Below, one piece after another: positions 31,275 to 32,000 of a stretch of DNA of 32,000 bases; the stretch's first letter is position 1; every line of letters begins with the position of its first letter. A program made the translations under genes and the position numbers. The stretch comes from Pseudomonas aeruginosa (GTDB taxonomy: Bacteria; Pseudomonadota; Gammaproteobacteria; Pseudomonadales; Pseudomonadaceae), in contig NZ_LN831024.1 of assembly GCF_001457615.1 (NCBI RefSeq), positions 1,200,001-1,232,000 on the forward strand, in the 5' to 3' direction. The notes below the pieces were generated by a model. The model was not told where the DNA came from, ran no database searches, and was given only the letters and a program-made list of their open reading frames with translations.

Positions 31275-32000
31275 TCAATAGGCGCTGGCGCTGTCCAGGC
31301 GGTGGATCGCCTGTTCGTCGAGCTTCAGGTGGGTGGCGGCGATCAGGTCGTCGAGCTGTTCCAGGCTGGTGGCGCTGGCGATCGGCGCGGTCACCGTCGG
31401 ACGAGCGATGAGCCAGGCCAGGGCGACCTGGGTCGGGTTGGCGTTGTACTGCTCGGCCACTTCGTCGAGCGCCGCGAGGATGGCCACGCCGCGCTCGTTG
31501 AGATAACCCTTCACCTTCTCTCCCCGGGCTCGCCCGGCGGTGTCGGCCTGGTTGCGGTACTTGCCGCTGAGGAAGCCGCTGGCCAGCGAGTAGTAGCTGA
31601 TCACCCCGATACCGAGTTCTTCCACCGTCGGCTCCAGGTTGGTCTCGTAGTCGGCGCGATCGTACAGGTTGTATTCGGGTTGCAGGCTCTGGTAGCTCGG
31701 CAGGTTAAGCCGGGCGCTGACCTGGCGTGCTTCGAGGAGGCGCCGGGCGTCGTAGTTGGAGGCGCCGATGACCCGTACCTTGCCTTTCTTGATCAGTTCG
31801 CCATAGGTGGAAAGGGTTTCCTCCAGGTCGGTGTGGGGATCGTCGGTGTGCGACTGGTAGAGGTCCAGGTAGTCGGTCTGCAGGCGTCGTAGCGAGCGCT
31901 CCAGGGCCTGCTCGATATAGGCGGCGGAGAGACCTTTGTGGCCATTGCCCATGTCCATCCCGACCTTGCTGGCGATCACCATGCGGTCGCGTTTGCCGGT
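31275..32000 (-). CDS. Aldo/keto reductase, 5' part beyond the window
   Basis: SKVGMDMG...SYIEQALERSLRRLQTDYLDLYQSHTDDP..., RVIGASNY; open frame continues to the window edge. Confidence 0.9.
   Translation of the reverse strand, partial: TGKRDRMVIASKVGMDMGNGHKGLSAAYIEQALERSLRRLQTDYLDLYQSHTDDPHTDLEETLSTYGELIKKGKVRVIGASNYDARRLLEARQVSARLNLPSYQSLQPEYNLYDRADYETNLEPTVEELGIGVISYYSLASGFLSGKYRNQADTAGRARGEKVKGYLNERGVAILAALDEVAEQYNANPTQVALAWLIARPTVTAPIASATSLEQLDDLIAATHLKLDEQAIHRLDSASAY

Overview
The window has a Pseudomonas core backbone with high GC and conserved gene order, running from about 4.2 kb to the right edge. A short accessory block sits at the left, abutting the 3' end of a tRNA-Leu(CAA) gene. 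The core reads: tRNA-Leu, queA, tgt, yajC, secD, secF, glycine-zipper protein, suhB(-), trmJ, cysE, iscR, iscS, iscU, iscA, hscB, hscA, fdx, iscX, ndk, rlmN, pilF, rodZ, ispG, hisS, yfgM-like, bamB, der, PLP aminotransferase, nitrilase-family amidase, DUF937-like protein, and a partial aldo/keto reductase(-). The accessory block (about 180-4170) holds a complete 1231 bp IS3-family element (405-1635). It has matching terminal inverted repeats and an A-AAA-AAG programmed -1 frameshift signal, but no target duplication. The block also holds a 78-codon ORF remnant at the IS right end and two AT-richer cargo genes. The first cargo gene (about 1914/1998-3002) has a C-terminal domain whose Cys-(44)-His-(16)-Glu layout resembles the papain-like protease domain of the fungal chimerolectin MOA. 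The second (3131-3700) encodes a small protein with a signal peptide and four cysteines; its C-terminal half resembles SubB/PltB-type B subunits of AB5 toxins (PVRIYT ... CSDQAVCGG). The two genes side by side on a tRNA-associated block are the best candidate for an undescribed toxin/effector system. All homology statements come from recalled motifs, not from a search.
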